From Eledone cirrhosa (Eukaryota), in assembly GCA_964016885.1 (NCBI GenBank), contig OZ024743.1, positions 137,516,001-137,580,000 on the forward strand: a stretch of 64,000 nt of DNA. Reading direction: 5' to 3'. The notes beneath the pieces were generated by a model. That model ran no database searches. It saw nothing but the letters and a program-made list of their open reading frames with translations, and had not been told where the DNA came from. Below, piece by piece: positions 24,601-36,889 of the stretch. A program made the translations under genes and the position numbers. Numbering within the stretch: the first letter of the stretch is position 1; each line of letters starts with the position of its first letter.

Positions 24601-27600
24601 TTGGTGCTTGGTGTTTTGTGCTTGGTTCTTTGTGTTTGGTGTTTGGTGCTTGGTGCTTGGTGCTTTGTGTTAGGTGTTTGGTGCTTGGTGCTTGGTGTTT
24701 GGTGTTTGGTCCTTGGTGCTTGGTGTTTAGTGCTTGGTGCTTGGTGTTTGTTGTTTGGTGCTTTCTGCTTGCTGCTTGGCGTTTGGTGCTTGGTGCTTGG
24801 TGCTTGGTGTTTGGTGTTTGGTGCTAGGTGCTTGGTGTTTGGTGTTTGGTGTTTGATGCTTGGTGTTTGGTGCTTGGTGTTTGGTGTTTTGTGCTTGGTG
24901 CTTGGGGCTTGGTGTTTAGTGCTTGGTGCTTGGTGCTTGGTGTTTGGTGCTTGGTGCTTGGTGTTTGGTGTTTGGTGTTTGGTGCTTGGTGCTTGGTGTT
25001 TGGTGCTTGGTGCTTGGTGCTGGGTGGTTGGTATTTGGTGCTTGGTGCTTGGTGTTTGGTGCTTGGTGCTTGGTGCTTGGTGTTTGGTGCTTGGTGCTTG
25101 GTGCTTGATCTTTGGTGCTTGGTGTTTGGTGCTTGGTGCTTGGTGCTTGGTGTTTGGTGCTTGGTGATTAGTGTTTGGTGCTTGGTGCTTGGGGTTTGGT
25201 GTTTGGTGCTTGGTACTTGGTGTTTGGTGCTTGGTGTTTGGTGTTTGCTGTTTGGTGTTTGCTGTTTGCTTTTTGGTGTTTGGTGTTTGCTGTATGGTGT
25301 TTGCTGTTTGGTGTTTGGTGTTTGCTGTTTGGTGTTTGGTGTTTGCTGTTTGGTCTTTGGTGCTTGGTGTTTGGTGCTTGGTGCTTGGTGTTTGGTGTTT
25401 GGTGCTTGGTGCTTGGTGTTTGGTGTTTGTTGCTTGGTGCTTGGTGCTTGGTGTTTGGTGTTTGGTGTTTGGCGCTTGGTGTCTGGTGCTTGGTGTTTGG
25501 TGTTTGGTGTTTGGTGCTTGGTGTTTGGTGTTTGGTGTTTGGTGCTTGGTGTTTGGTGTTTGGTATTTGGTGCTTGTTGCTTGGTGCTTGGTGCTTGGGG
25601 TTTGGTTCTTGGTTCTTGGTGTTTGGTACTTGGTGCTTGGTGTTTGGTGCTGGGTGCTTGGTGTTTGGTGCTTGGTGCTTGGTGCTTGCTGTTTGGTGTT
25701 TGGTGCTTGGTGCTTGGTGTTTGGTGTTTGGTGTTATATGCTTGGTGTTTGATGCTTGGTGCTTGGTGCTTGGTATTTGGTGTTTGGTGCTTGGTGTTTG
25801 TACTTGGTGCTTGGTTCTTGGTTCTTGGTGCTTGGTGCTTGGTGCTTGGTGCTTGGTGCTTGGTGTTTGGTGCTTGGTGTTTGGTGCTTGGTGTTTGGTG
25901 CTTGGTGCCTGGTGCTTGGTGCTTGGTGCTTGGTGTTTGGTGCTTGGTGTTTGGTGCTTGGTGTTAGGTGTTTGGTGCTTGGTGCTTGGTGTTTGGTGTT
26001 TGGTGCTTGGTGTTTGGTGCTTGGTGCTTGGTGTTTGGTGTTGGGTGCTTGGTGTTTGGTGCTTGGTACTTGGTGCTTGGTGCTTGGTGTTAGGTGTTTG
26101 GTGCTTGGTGCTTGGTGTTTGGTTTTTGGTGCTTGGTGCTTGGTGTTTGGTTTTTGGTGCTTGCTGCTGGCTGCTTGGTGTTTGGTGCTTGGTGATTGGT
26201 GCTTGGTGTTTGGTGCTTGGTGTTTGGTGTTTGGTACTAGGTGCTTGGTGTTTGGTGTTTGGTGCTTGGTGCTTGGTGTTTGGTGTTTGGTGTTTGGTGC
26301 TTGGTGCTTGGTGCTTGGTGCTGGGTGGTTGGTGTTTGGTGCTTGGTGATTAGTGTTTGGTGCTAGGTGCTTGGGGTTTGGTGTTTGGTGCTTGGTGCTT
26401 GGTGTTTGGTGCTTGGTGCTTGGTGTTTGGTGCTTGGTGCTTGGTGTTTGCTGTTTGCTGTTTGCTGTTTGGTGTTTGTTGTTTGGTGTTTGTTGATTGG
26501 TGTTTGCTGTTTGGTGCTTGGTGCTTGGTCTTTGGTGCTTGGTGTTTGGTGTTTGGTGCTTGGTGCTTTGTGTTTGGTGCTTGGTGATTAGTGTTTGGTG
26601 CTTGGTGCTTGGGGTTTGGTGTTTGGTGCTTGGTACTTGGTGTTTGGTGCTTGGTGTTTGGTGTTTGCTGTTTGGTGTTTGGTGTTTGGTGTTTGCTGTA
26701 TGGTGTTTGCTGTTTCGTGTTTGGTGTTTGCTGTTTGGTGTTTGGTGTTTGCTGTTTGGTGTTTGGTATTTGATGCTTGGTGTTTGGTGCTTGGTGCTTG
26801 GTGTTTGGTGTTTGGTGCTTGGTGTTTGGTGTTTGGTGCTTGGTGCTTGGTGCTTGGTGTTTGGTGTTTGGTGTTTGGTGCTTGGTGTCTGGTGCTTGGT
26901 GTTTGGTGTTTGGTGTTTGGTGCTTGGTGTTTGGTGTTTGGTGTTTGGTGTTTGGTGCTTGTGGCTTGGTACTTGGTGCTTGGTGTTTGGTGCTTGGTGC
27001 TTGGTGTTTGGTGCTGGGTGCTTGGTGTTTGGTGCTTGGTGCTTGGTGCTTGGTGTTTGGTGTTTGGTGTTTGGTGCTTGGTGCTTGGTGTTTGGTGTTT
27101 GGTGCTTGGTGTTTTATGCTTGGTGTTTGATGTTTGGTGCTTGGTGCTTGGTGTTTGGTGCTTGGTGCTTGGTGTTTGTACTTGGTGCTTGGTGCTTGGT
27201 TCTTGGTGTTTGGTGCTTGGTGCTTGGTGCTTGGTGCTTGGTGTTCGGTGCTTGGTGTTTGGTGCTTGGTGTTTGGTGCTTGGTGCCTGGTGCTTGGTGC
27301 TTGGTGCTTGGTGTTTGGTGCTTGGTGTTTGGTGCTTGGTATTAGGTGTTTGGTGCTTGGTGCTTGGTGTTTGGTGTTTGGTGCTTGGTGTTTGGTGCTT
27401 GGTGCTTGGTGTTTGGTGTTTGGTGCTTGGTGTTTGGTGCTTGGTACTTGGTGCTTGGTGCTTGGTGTTAGGTGTTTGGTGCTTGGTGCTTGGTGTTTGG
27501 TTTTTGGTGCTTGGTGCTTGGTGTTTGGTGTTTGGTGCTTGCTGCTGGCTGCTTGGTGTTTGGTGCTTGGTGATTGGTGCTTGGTGTTTGGTGCTTGGTG

Positions 27601-30600
27601 TTTGGTGTTTGGTACTAGGTGCTTGGTGCTTGGTGTTTGGTGCTTGGTGCTTGGTGTTTGGTGTTTGGTGCTTGGTGCTTGGTGTTTGGTGCTTGGTGCT
27701 GGGTGCTGGGTGGTTGGTGTTTGGTGTTTGGTGTTTGGTGCTGGGTGCTTGGTGTTTGGTGCTTGGTGCTTGGTCTTTGGTGTTTGGTGTTTGGTGTTTG
27801 GTGCTTGGTGCTTCGTGTTTGGTGCTTGGTGCTTGGTGTTTGGTGCTTGGTGCTTAGTGTTTGGTGCTAGGTGCTTGGGGTTTGGTGTTTGGTGCTTGGT
27901 GCTTGGTGTTTGGTGCTTGGTGCTTGGTGTTTGGTGTTTGGTGCTTGGTGCTTGGTGTTTGGTGTTTGGTGTTTGCTGTTTGGTGTTTGGTGTTTGGTGT
28001 TTGCTGTTTGGTGTCTGCTTTTTGGTGTTTGGTGTTGGCTGTATGTTATTTGGTGTTTGGTGTTTGGTGTTTGGTGTTTGGTGCTTGGTGCTTGGTGTTT
28101 GGTGTTTGGTGCTTGGTGCTTGGAATTTGGTGTTTGGTGCTTGGTGCTTGGTGTTTTGTGTTTGGTGTTTGGTTTTTGGTGCTTGGTGCTTGGTGCTTGT
28201 TGCTTGGTCCTTGGTGTTTGGTGCTTGGTGCTTGGTGTTTGTACTTGGTGCTTGGTGCTTGGTGTTTGGTTCTTGGTTCTTGGTGTTTGGTACTTGGTGC
28301 TTGGTGCTTGGTGCTTGGTGTTTGGTGTTTGGTGCTTGGTGCTTGGTGCTTGGTGTTTGATGTTTGGTGCTTGGTGCTTGGTGTTTGGTGTTTGGTTCTT
28401 GGTGCTTGGTATTTGGTGCTTGGTGCTTGCTGCTTGGTGTTTGGTGCTTGGTGATTGATGCTTGGTGTTTGATGCTTGGTGCTTGGTGTTTGGCTTTTGG
28501 TGCTAGGTGCTTGGTGCTTGGTGTTTGGTGCTTGGTGTTTGGTGTTTGGTGCTTGGTGCTTGGTGTTTGTTGCTTGGTACTTGGTTCATGGTGTTTGGTG
28601 CCGGGTGCTTGGTGTTTGGTGCTTGGTGCTTGGTGTTTGGTGTTTGGTACTTGGTGCTTGGTGCTTGGTGTTTGGTGCTTGGTGCTTGGTGTATGGTGTT
28701 TGGTGTTTGGTGCTTGGTGTTTGGTGTTTGGTGCTTGGTGCTTGGTGTTTGTTGCTTGGTACTTGGTTCATGGTGTTTGGTGCCGGGTGCTTGGTGTTTG
28801 GTGCTTGGTGCTTGGTGTTTGGTGTTTGGTGCTTGGTGTTTGGTGTTTGGTGCTTGGTGCTTGGTGTTTGTTTGCTTGGTACTTGGTGCATGGTGTTTGG
28901 TGCTGGGTGCTTGGTGTTTGGTGCTTGGTGTTTGGTGCTTGGTGCTTGGTGTTTGGTGTTTGGTGTTTGATGCTTGGTGTTTGATGCTTGGTGCTTGGTG
29001 CTTGGTGTTTGGTGCTTGGTGTTTGTACTTGGTGCTTGGTGTTTTGTGCTTGGTTCTTTGTGTTTGGTGTTTGGTGCTTGGTGCTTGGTGCTTGGTGTTA
29101 GGTGTTTGGTGCTTGGTGCTTGGTGTTTGGTGTTTGGTCCTTGGTGCTTGGTGTTTAGTGCTTGGTGCTTGGTGTTTGTTGTTTGGTGCTTTCTGCTTGC
29201 TGCTTGGCGTTTGGTGCTTGGTGCTTGGTGCTTGGTGTTTGGTGTTTGGTGCTAGGTGCTTGGTGTTTGGTGTTTGGTGTTTGATGCTTGGTGTTTGGTG
29301 CTTGGTGTTTGGTGTTTTGTGCTTGGTGCTTGGGGCTTGGTGTTTAGTGCTTGGTGCTTGGTGCTTGGTGTTTGGTGCTTGGTGCTTGGTGTTTGGTGTT
29401 TGGTGTTTGGTGCTTGGTGCTTGGTGTTTGGTGCTTGGTGCTTGGTGCTGGGTGGTTGGTATTTGGTGCTTGGTGCTTGGTGTTTGGTGCTTGGTGCTTG
29501 GTGCTTGGTGTTTGGTGCTTGGTGCTTGGTGCTTGGTCTTTGGTGCTTGGTGTTTGGTGCTTGGTGCTTGGTGCTTGGTGTTTGGTGCTTGGTGATTAGT
29601 GTTTGGTGCTTGGTGCTTGGGGTTTGGTGTTTGGTGCTTGGTACTTGGTGTTTGGTGCTTGGTGTTTGGTGTTTGCTGTTTGGTGTTTGGTGTTTGCTGT
29701 TTGCTGTTTGCTGTTTGCTTTTTGGTGTTTGGTGTTTGCTGTATGGTGTTTGCTGTTTGGTGTTTGGTGTTTGCTGTTTGGTGTTTGGTGTTTGCTGTTT
29801 GGTCTTTGGTGCTTGGTGTTTGGTGCTTGGTGCTTGGTGTTTGGTGTTTGGTGCTTGGTGCTTGGTGTTTGGTGTTTGATGCTTGGTGCTTGGTGCTTGG
29901 TGTTTGGTGTTTGGTGTTTGGCGCTTGGTGTCTGGTGCTTGGTGTTTGGTGTTTGGTGTTTGGTGCTTGGTGTTTGGTGTTTGGTGTTTGGTGCTTGGTG
30001 TTTGGTGTTTGGTGTTTGGTGTTTGGTGCTTGTTGCTTGGTGCTTGGTGCTTGGGGTTTGGTTCTTGGTTCTTGGTGTTTGGTACTTGGTGCTTGGTGTT
30101 TGGTGCTGGGTGCTTGGTGTTTGGTGCTTGGTGCTTGGTGCTTGCTGTTTGGTGTTTGGTGCTTGGTGCTTGGTGTTTGGTGTTTGGTGTTATATGCTTG
30201 GTGTTTGATGCTTGGTGCTTGGTGCTTGGTATTTGGTGTTTGGTGCTTGGTGTTTGTACTTGGTGCTTGGTTCTTGGTGCTTGGTGCTTGGTGCTTGGTG
30301 CTTGGTGCTTGGTGTATGGTGCTTGGTGTTTGGTGCTTGGTGTTTGGTGCTTGGTGCCTGGTGCTTGGTGCTTGGTGCTTGGTGTTTGGTGCTTGGTGTT
30401 TGGTGCTTGGTGTTAGGTGTTTGGTGCTTGGTGCTTGGTGTTTGGTGTTTGGTGCTTGGTGTTTGGTGCTTGGTGCTTGGTGTTTGGTGTTTGGTGCTTG
30501 GTGTTTGGTGCTTGGTACTTGGTGCTTGGTGCTTGGTGTTAGGTGTTTGGTGCTTGGTGCTTGGTGTTTGGTTTTTGGTGCTTGGTGCTTGGTGTTTGGT

Positions 30601-33600
30601 GTTTGGTGCTTGCTGCTGGCTGCTTGGTGTTTGGTGCTTGGTGATTGGTGCTTGGTGTTTGGTGCTTGGTGTTTGGTGTTTGGTACTAGGTGCTTGGTGT
30701 TTGGTGTTTGGTGCTTGGTGCTTGGTGTTTGGTGTTTGGTGTTTGGTGCTCGGTGCTTGGTGCTTGGTGCTGGGTGGTTGGTGTTTGGTGCTTGGTGATT
30801 AGTGTTTGGTGCTAGGTGCTTGGGGTTTGGTGTTTGGTGCTTGGTGCTTGGTGTTTGGTGCTTGGTGCTTGGTGTTTGGTGCTTGGTGCTTGGTGTTTGC
30901 TGTTTGCTGTTTGCTGTTTGGTGTTTGTTGTTTGGTGTTTGTTGATTGGTGTTTGCTGTTTGGTGCTTGGTGCTTGGTCTTTGGTGCTTGGTGTTTGGTG
31001 TTTGGTGCTTGGTGCTTTGTGTTTGGTGCTTGGTGATTAGTGTTTGGTGCTTGGTGCTTGGGGTTTGGTGTTTGGTGCTTGGTACTTGGTGTTTGGTGCT
31101 TGGTGTTTGGTGTTTGCTGTTTGGTGTTTGGTGTTTGGTGTTTGCTGTATGGTGTTTGCTGTTTCGTGTTTGGTGTTTGCTGTTTGGTGTTTGGTGTTTG
31201 CTGTTTGGTGTTTGGTATTTGGTGCTTGGTGTTTGTTGCTTGGTGCTTGGTGTTTGGTGTTTGGTGCTTGGTGTTTGGTGTTTGGTGCTTGGTGCTTGGT
31301 GCTTGGTGTTTGGTGTTTGGTGTTTGGTGCTTGGTGTCTGGTGCTTGGTGTTTGGTGTTTGGTGTTTGGTGCTTGGTGTTTGGTGTTTGGTGTTTGGTGT
31401 TTGGTGCTTGTTGCTTGGTACTTGGTGCTTGGTGTTTGGTGCTTGGTGCTTGGTGTTTGGTGCTGGGTGCTTGGTGTTTGGTGCTTGGTGCTTGGTGCTT
31501 GGTGTTTGGTGTTTGGTGCTTGGTGCTTGGTGCTTGGTGTTTGGTGTTTGGTGCTTGGTGTTTTATGCTTGGTGTTTGATGTTTGGTGCTTGGTGCTTGG
31601 TGTTTGGTGCTTGGTGCTTGGTGTTTGTACTTGGTGCTTGGTGCTTGGTTCTTGGTGTTTGGTGCTTGGTGCTTGGTGCTTGGTGCTTGGTGTTTGGTGC
31701 TTGGTGTTTGGTGCTTGGTGTTTGGTGCTTGGTGCCTGGTGCTTGGTGCTTGGTGCTTGGTGTTTGGTGCTTGGTGTTTGGTGCTTGGTATTAGGTGTTT
31801 GGTGCTTGGTGCTTGGTGTTTGGTGTTTGGTGCTTGGTGTTTGGTGCTTGGTGCTTGGTGTTTGGTGTTTGGTGCTTGGTGTTTGGTGCTTGGTACTTGG
31901 TGCTTGGTGCTTGGTGTTAGGTGTTTGGTGCTTGGTGCTTGGTGTTTGGTTTTTGGTGCTTGGTGCTTGGTGTTTTGTGTTTGGTGCTTGGTGCTTGGTG
32001 TTTGGTGCTTGGTGTTTGGTGCTGGGTGCTTGGTGTTTGGTGCTTGGTGCTTGGTCTTTGGTGTTTGGTGTTTGGTGTTTGGTGCTTGGTGCTTGGTGCT
32101 TCGTGTTTGGTGCTTGGTGCTTGGTGTTTGGTGCTTGGTGCTTAGTGTTTGGTGCTAGGTGCTTGGGGTTTGGTGTTTGGTGCTTGGTGCTTGGTGTTTG
32201 GTGCTTGGTGCTTGGTGTTTGGTGTTTGGTGCTTGGTGCTTGGTGTTTGGTGTTTGGTGTTTGCTGTTTGGTGTTTGGTGTTTGGTGTTTGCTGTTTGGT
32301 GTCTGCTTTTTGGTGTTTGGTGTTGGCTGTATGTTATTTGCTGTTTGGTGTTTGGTGTTTGGTGTTTGGTGCTTGGTGCTTGGTGTTTGGTGTTTGGTGC
32401 TTGGTGCTTGGAATTTGGTGTTTGGTGCTTGGTGCTTGGTGTTTTGTGTTTGGTGTTTGGTTTTTGGTGCTTGGTGCTTGGTGCTTGTTGCTTGGTCCTT
32501 GGTGTTTGGTGCTTGGTGCTTGGTGTTTGTACTTGGTGCTTGGTGCTTGGTGTTTGGTTCTTGGTTCTTGGTGTTTGGTACTTGGTGCTTGGTGCTTGGT
32601 GCTTGGTGTTTGGTGTTTGGTGCTTGGTGTTTTGTGCTTGGTGCTTGGTGCTTGGTGTTAGGTGTTTGGTGCTTGGTGCTTGGTGTTTGGTGCTTGGTGT
32701 TTGGTGTTTGCTGTTTGGTGTTTGGTGCTTGGTGTTTGGTGTTTGCTGTTTGGTGTCTGCTTTTTGGTGATTGGTGTTTGGTGTATGGTGTTTGCTGTTT
32801 CGTGTTTGGTGTTTGCTGTTTGGTGTTTGGTGTTTGCTGTTTGGTGTTTGGTCTTTGGTGCTTGGTGTTTGGTGCTTGGTGCTTGGTGTTTGGTGTTTGG
32901 TGCTTGGTGCTTGGTGCCTCGTGTTTGGTGTTTGGTGCTTGTTGTCTGGAGCTTGGTGTTTGGTGTTTGGTGCTTGGTGTTTGGTGTTTGGTGCTTGGTG
33001 ATTGGTGTTTGGTGCTTGGTGCTTGGTGTTTGTGCTTGGTGCTTGGTGTTTGGTGTTTGGTGCTTGGTGCTTGGTGCTTGGTGTTTGGTGTTTGGTGCTT
33101 GGTGCTTGGTGTTTGGTGTTTGGTTCTTGGTGCTTGGTATTTGGTGCTTGGTGCTTGCTGCTTGGTGTTTGGTGCTTGGTGATTGATGCTTGGTGTTTGA
33201 TGCTTGGTGCTTGGTGTTTGGTTTTTGGTGCTAGGTGCTTGGTGCTTGGTGTTTGGTGCTTGGTGTTTGGTGTTTGCTGCTTGGTGCTTGGGGCTTGGTG
33301 TTTGGTACTTGGTGCTTGGTGCTTGGTGTTTGGTGCTTGGTGCTTGGTGTATGGTGTTTGGTGTTTGGTGCTTGGTGTTTGGTGTTTGGTGCTTGGTGCT
33401 TGGTGTTTGTTGCTTGGTACTTGGTTCATGGTGTTTGGTGCTGGGTGCTTGGTGTTTGGTGCTTGGTGCTTGGTGTTTGGTGTTTGGTGCTTGGTGTTTG
33501 GTGTTTGGTGCTTGGTGCTTGGTGTTTGTTGCTTGGTACTTGGTGCATGGTGTTTGGTGCTGGGTGCTTGGTGTTTGGTGCTTGGTGTTTGGTGCTAGGT

Positions 33601-34800
33601 GCTTGGTGTTTGGTGTTTGGTGTTTGATGCTTGGTGTTTGATGCTTGGTGCTTGGTGCTTGGTGTTTGGTGCTTGGTGTTTGTACTTGGTGCTTGGTGTT
33701 TTGTGCTTGGTTCTTTGTGTTTGGTGTTTGGTGCTTGGTGCTTGGTGCTTGGTGTTAGGTGTTTGGTGCTTGGTGCTTGGTGATTGGTGTTTGGTCCTTG
33801 GTGCTTGGTGTTTAGTGCTTGGTGCTTGGTGTTTTTTGTTTGGTGCTTTCTGCTTGCTGCTTGGCGTTTGGTGCTTGGTGCTTGGTGCTTGTGGTTTGGT
33901 GTTTGGTGCTAGGTGCTTGGTGTTTGGTGTTTGGTGTTTGATTCTTGGTGTTTGGTGCTTGGTGTTTGGTGTTTTGTGCTTGGTGCTTGGGGCTTGGTGT
34001 TTAGTGCTTGGTGCTTGGTGCTTGGTGTTTGGTGCTTGGTGCTTGGTGTTTGGTGTTTGGTGTTTGGTGCTTGGTGCTTGGTGTTTGGTGCTTGGTGCTT
34101 GGTGCTGGGTGGTTGGTATTTGGTGCTTGGTGCTTGGTGTTTGGTGCTTGGTGCTTGGTGCTTGCTGTTTGGTGCTTGGTGCTTGGTGCTTGGTCTTTGG
34201 TGCTTGGTGTTTGGTGCTTGGTGCTTGGTGCTTGGTGTTTGGTGCTTGGTGATTAGTGTTTGGTGCTTGGTGCTTGGGGTTTGGTGTTTGGTGCTTGGCA
34301 CTTGGTGTTTGGTGCTTGGTGTTTGGTGTTTGCTGTTTGGTGTTTGGTGTTTGCTGTTTGCTGTTTGCTGTTTGCTTTTTGGTGTTTGGTGTTTGCTGTA
34401 TGGTGTTTGCTGTTTGGTGTTTGGTGTTTGCTGTTTGGTGTTTGGTGTTTGCTGTTTGGTCTTTGGTGCTTGGTGTTTGGTGCTTGGTGCTTGGTGTTTG
34501 GTGTTTGGTGCTTGGTGCTTGGTGTTTGGTGTTTGTTGCTTGGTGCTTGGTGCTTGGTGTTTGGTGTTTGGTGTTTGGTGCTTGGTGTCTGGTGCTTGGT
34601 GTTTGGTGTTTGGTGTTTGGTGCTTGGTGTTTGGTGTTTGGTGTTTGGTGCTTGGTGTTTGGTGTTTGGTGTTTGGTGTTTGGTGCTTGTTGCTTGGTGC
34701 TTGGTGCTTGGTGTTTGGTTCTTGGTTCTTGGTGTTTGGTACTTGGTGCTTGGTGTTTGGTGCTGGGTGCTTGGTGTTTGGTGCTTGGTGCTTGGTGCTT
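21700..34800 (+). repeat. About three copies of a 4.3-4.9 kb higher-order unit
   Basis: Matching translations at 21730/26591/31040, 23014/27861/32149 and 24828/29256/33913; 26357/30806 and 26497/30946 (offset 4449). Private 8-bp unit GTTTGCTT at 24442 and 28870 (offset 4428). Confidence 0.85.
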
Positions 34801-36540
34801 GCTGTTTGGTGTTTGGTGCTTGGTGCTTGGTGTTTGGTGTTTGGTGTTATATGCTTGGTGTTTGATGCTTGGTGCTTGGTGCTTGGTATTTGGTGTTTGG
34901 TGCTTGGTGTTTGTACTTGGTGCTTGGTTCTTGGTTCTTGGTGCTTGGTGCTTGGTGCTTGGTGCTTGGTGCTTGGTGTTTGGTGCTTGGTGTTTGGTGC
35001 TTGGTGTTTGGTGCTTGGTGCCTGGTGCTTGGTGCTTGGTGTTTGGTGCTTGGTGTTTGGTGCTTGGTGTTAGGTGTTTGGTGCTTGGTGCTTGGTGTAT
35101 GGTGTTTGGTGTTTGGTGCTTGGTGTTTGGTGTTTGGTGCTTGGTGCTTGGTGTTTGTTGCTTGGTACTTGGTTCATGGTGTTTGGTGCTGGGTGCTTGG
35201 TGTTTGGTGCTTGGTGCTTGGTGTTTGGTGTTTGGTGCTTGGTGTTTGGTGTTTGGTGCTTGGTGCTTGGTGTTTGTTGCTTGGTACTTGGTGCATGGTG
35301 TTTGGTGCTGGGTGCTTGGTGTTTGGTGCTTGGTGTTTGGTGCTTGGTGCTTGGTGTTTGGTGTTTGGTGTTTGATGCTTGGTGTTTGATGCTTGGTGCT
35401 TGGTGCTTGGTGTTTGGTGCTTGGTGTTTGTACTTGGTGCTTGGTGTTTTGTGCTTGGTTCTTTGTGTTTGGTGTTTGGTGCTTGGTGCTTGGTGCTTGG
35501 TGTTAGGTGTTTGGTGCTTGGTGCTTGGTGTTTGGTGTTTGGTCCTTGGTGCTTGTTGTTTAGTGCTTGGTGCTTGGTGTTTGTTGTTTGGTGCTTTCTG
35601 CTTGCTGCTTGGCGTTTGGTGCTTGGTGCTTGGTGCTTGTGGTTTGGTGTTTGGTGCTAGGTGCTTGGTGTTTGGTGTTTGGTGTTTGATTCTTGGTGTT
35701 TGGTGCTTGGTGTTTGGTGTTTTGTGCTTGGTGCTTGGGGCTTGGTGTTTAGTGCTTGGTGCTTGGTGCTTGGTGTTTGGTGCTTGGTGCTTGGTGTTTG
35801 GTGTTTGGTGTTTGGTGCTTGGTGCTTGGTGTTTGGTGCTTGGTGCTTGGTGCTGGGTGGTTGGTATTTGGTGCTTGGTGCTTGGTGTTTGGTGCTTGGT
35901 GCTTGGTGCTTGCTGTTTGGTGCTTGGTGCTTGGTGCTTGGTCTTTGGTGCTTGGTGTTTGGTGCTTGGTGCTTGGTGCTTGGTGTTTGGTGCTTGGTGA
36001 TTAGTGTTTGGTGCTTGGTGCTTGGGGTTTGGTGTTTGGTGCTTGGTACTTGGTGTTTGGTGCTTGGTGTTTGGTGTTTGCTGTTTGGTGTTTGGTGTTT
36101 GCTGTTTGCTGTTTGCTGTTTGCTTTTTGGTGTTTGGTGTTTGCTGTATGGTGTTTGCTGTTTGGTGTTTGGTGTTTGCTGTTTGGTGTTTGGTGTTTGC
36201 TGTTTGGTCTTTGGTGCTTGGTGTTTGGTGCTTGGTGCTTGGTGTTTGGTGTTTGGTGCTTGTTGCTTGGTGTTTGGTGTTTGTTGCTTGGTGCTTGGTG
36301 CTTGGTGTTTGGTGTTTGGTGTTTGGTGCTTGGTGTCTGGTGCTTGGTGTTTGGTGTTTGGTGTTTGTTGCTTGGTGTTTGGTGTTTGGTGTTTGGTGCT
36401 TGGTGTTTGGTGTTTGGTGTTTGGTGTTTGGTGCTTGTTGCTTGGTGCTTGGTGCTTGGTGTTTGGTTCTTGGTTCTTGGTGTTTGGTACTTGGTGCTTG
36501 GTGTTTGGTGCTAGGTGCTTGGTGTTTGGTGCTTGGTGTT
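33325..36540 (+). repeat. Duplication with 1748-bp offset (about 33.3-34.8 kb versus 35.07-36.5 kb)
   Basis: The A of GGTGTAT lies at 33351 and 35099; GTACTT at 33682 and 35430. Matching translations at 33913/35661, 34008/35756 and 34256/36004. Confidence 0.9.
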
Positions 36541-36889
36541 TGGTGTTTGGTGCTTGGTGTTTGGTGCTTGGTGTTTGGTGCTTGGTGTTAGGTGTTTGGT
36601 GCTTGGTGCTTGGTGTTTGGTGTTTGGTGCTTGGTGTTTGGTGCTTGGTGCTGGGTGGTTGGTGTTTGGTGCTTGGTGATTAGTGTTTGGTGCTAGGTGC
36701 TTGGGGTTTGGTGTTTGGTGCTTGGTGCATGGTGTTTGGTGCTTGGTGCTTGGTGTTTGGTGCTTGGTGCTTGGTGTTTGGTGTTTGCTGTTTGCTGTTT
36801 GGTGTTTGTTGTTTGGTGTTTGTTGATTGGTGTTTGCTGTTTGGTGTTTGGTATTTGGTGTTTGCTGTTTGGTGTCTGCTTTTTGGTGT

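Noticed and set aside
9009-36004. The same 1748-bp (250-unit) offset in two unrelated duplications as a preferred length
   Set aside because: The first is 1538+210 from a nested event and drifts back to 1538. With many offsets constrained to near-multiples of 7, coincidence is sufficient.
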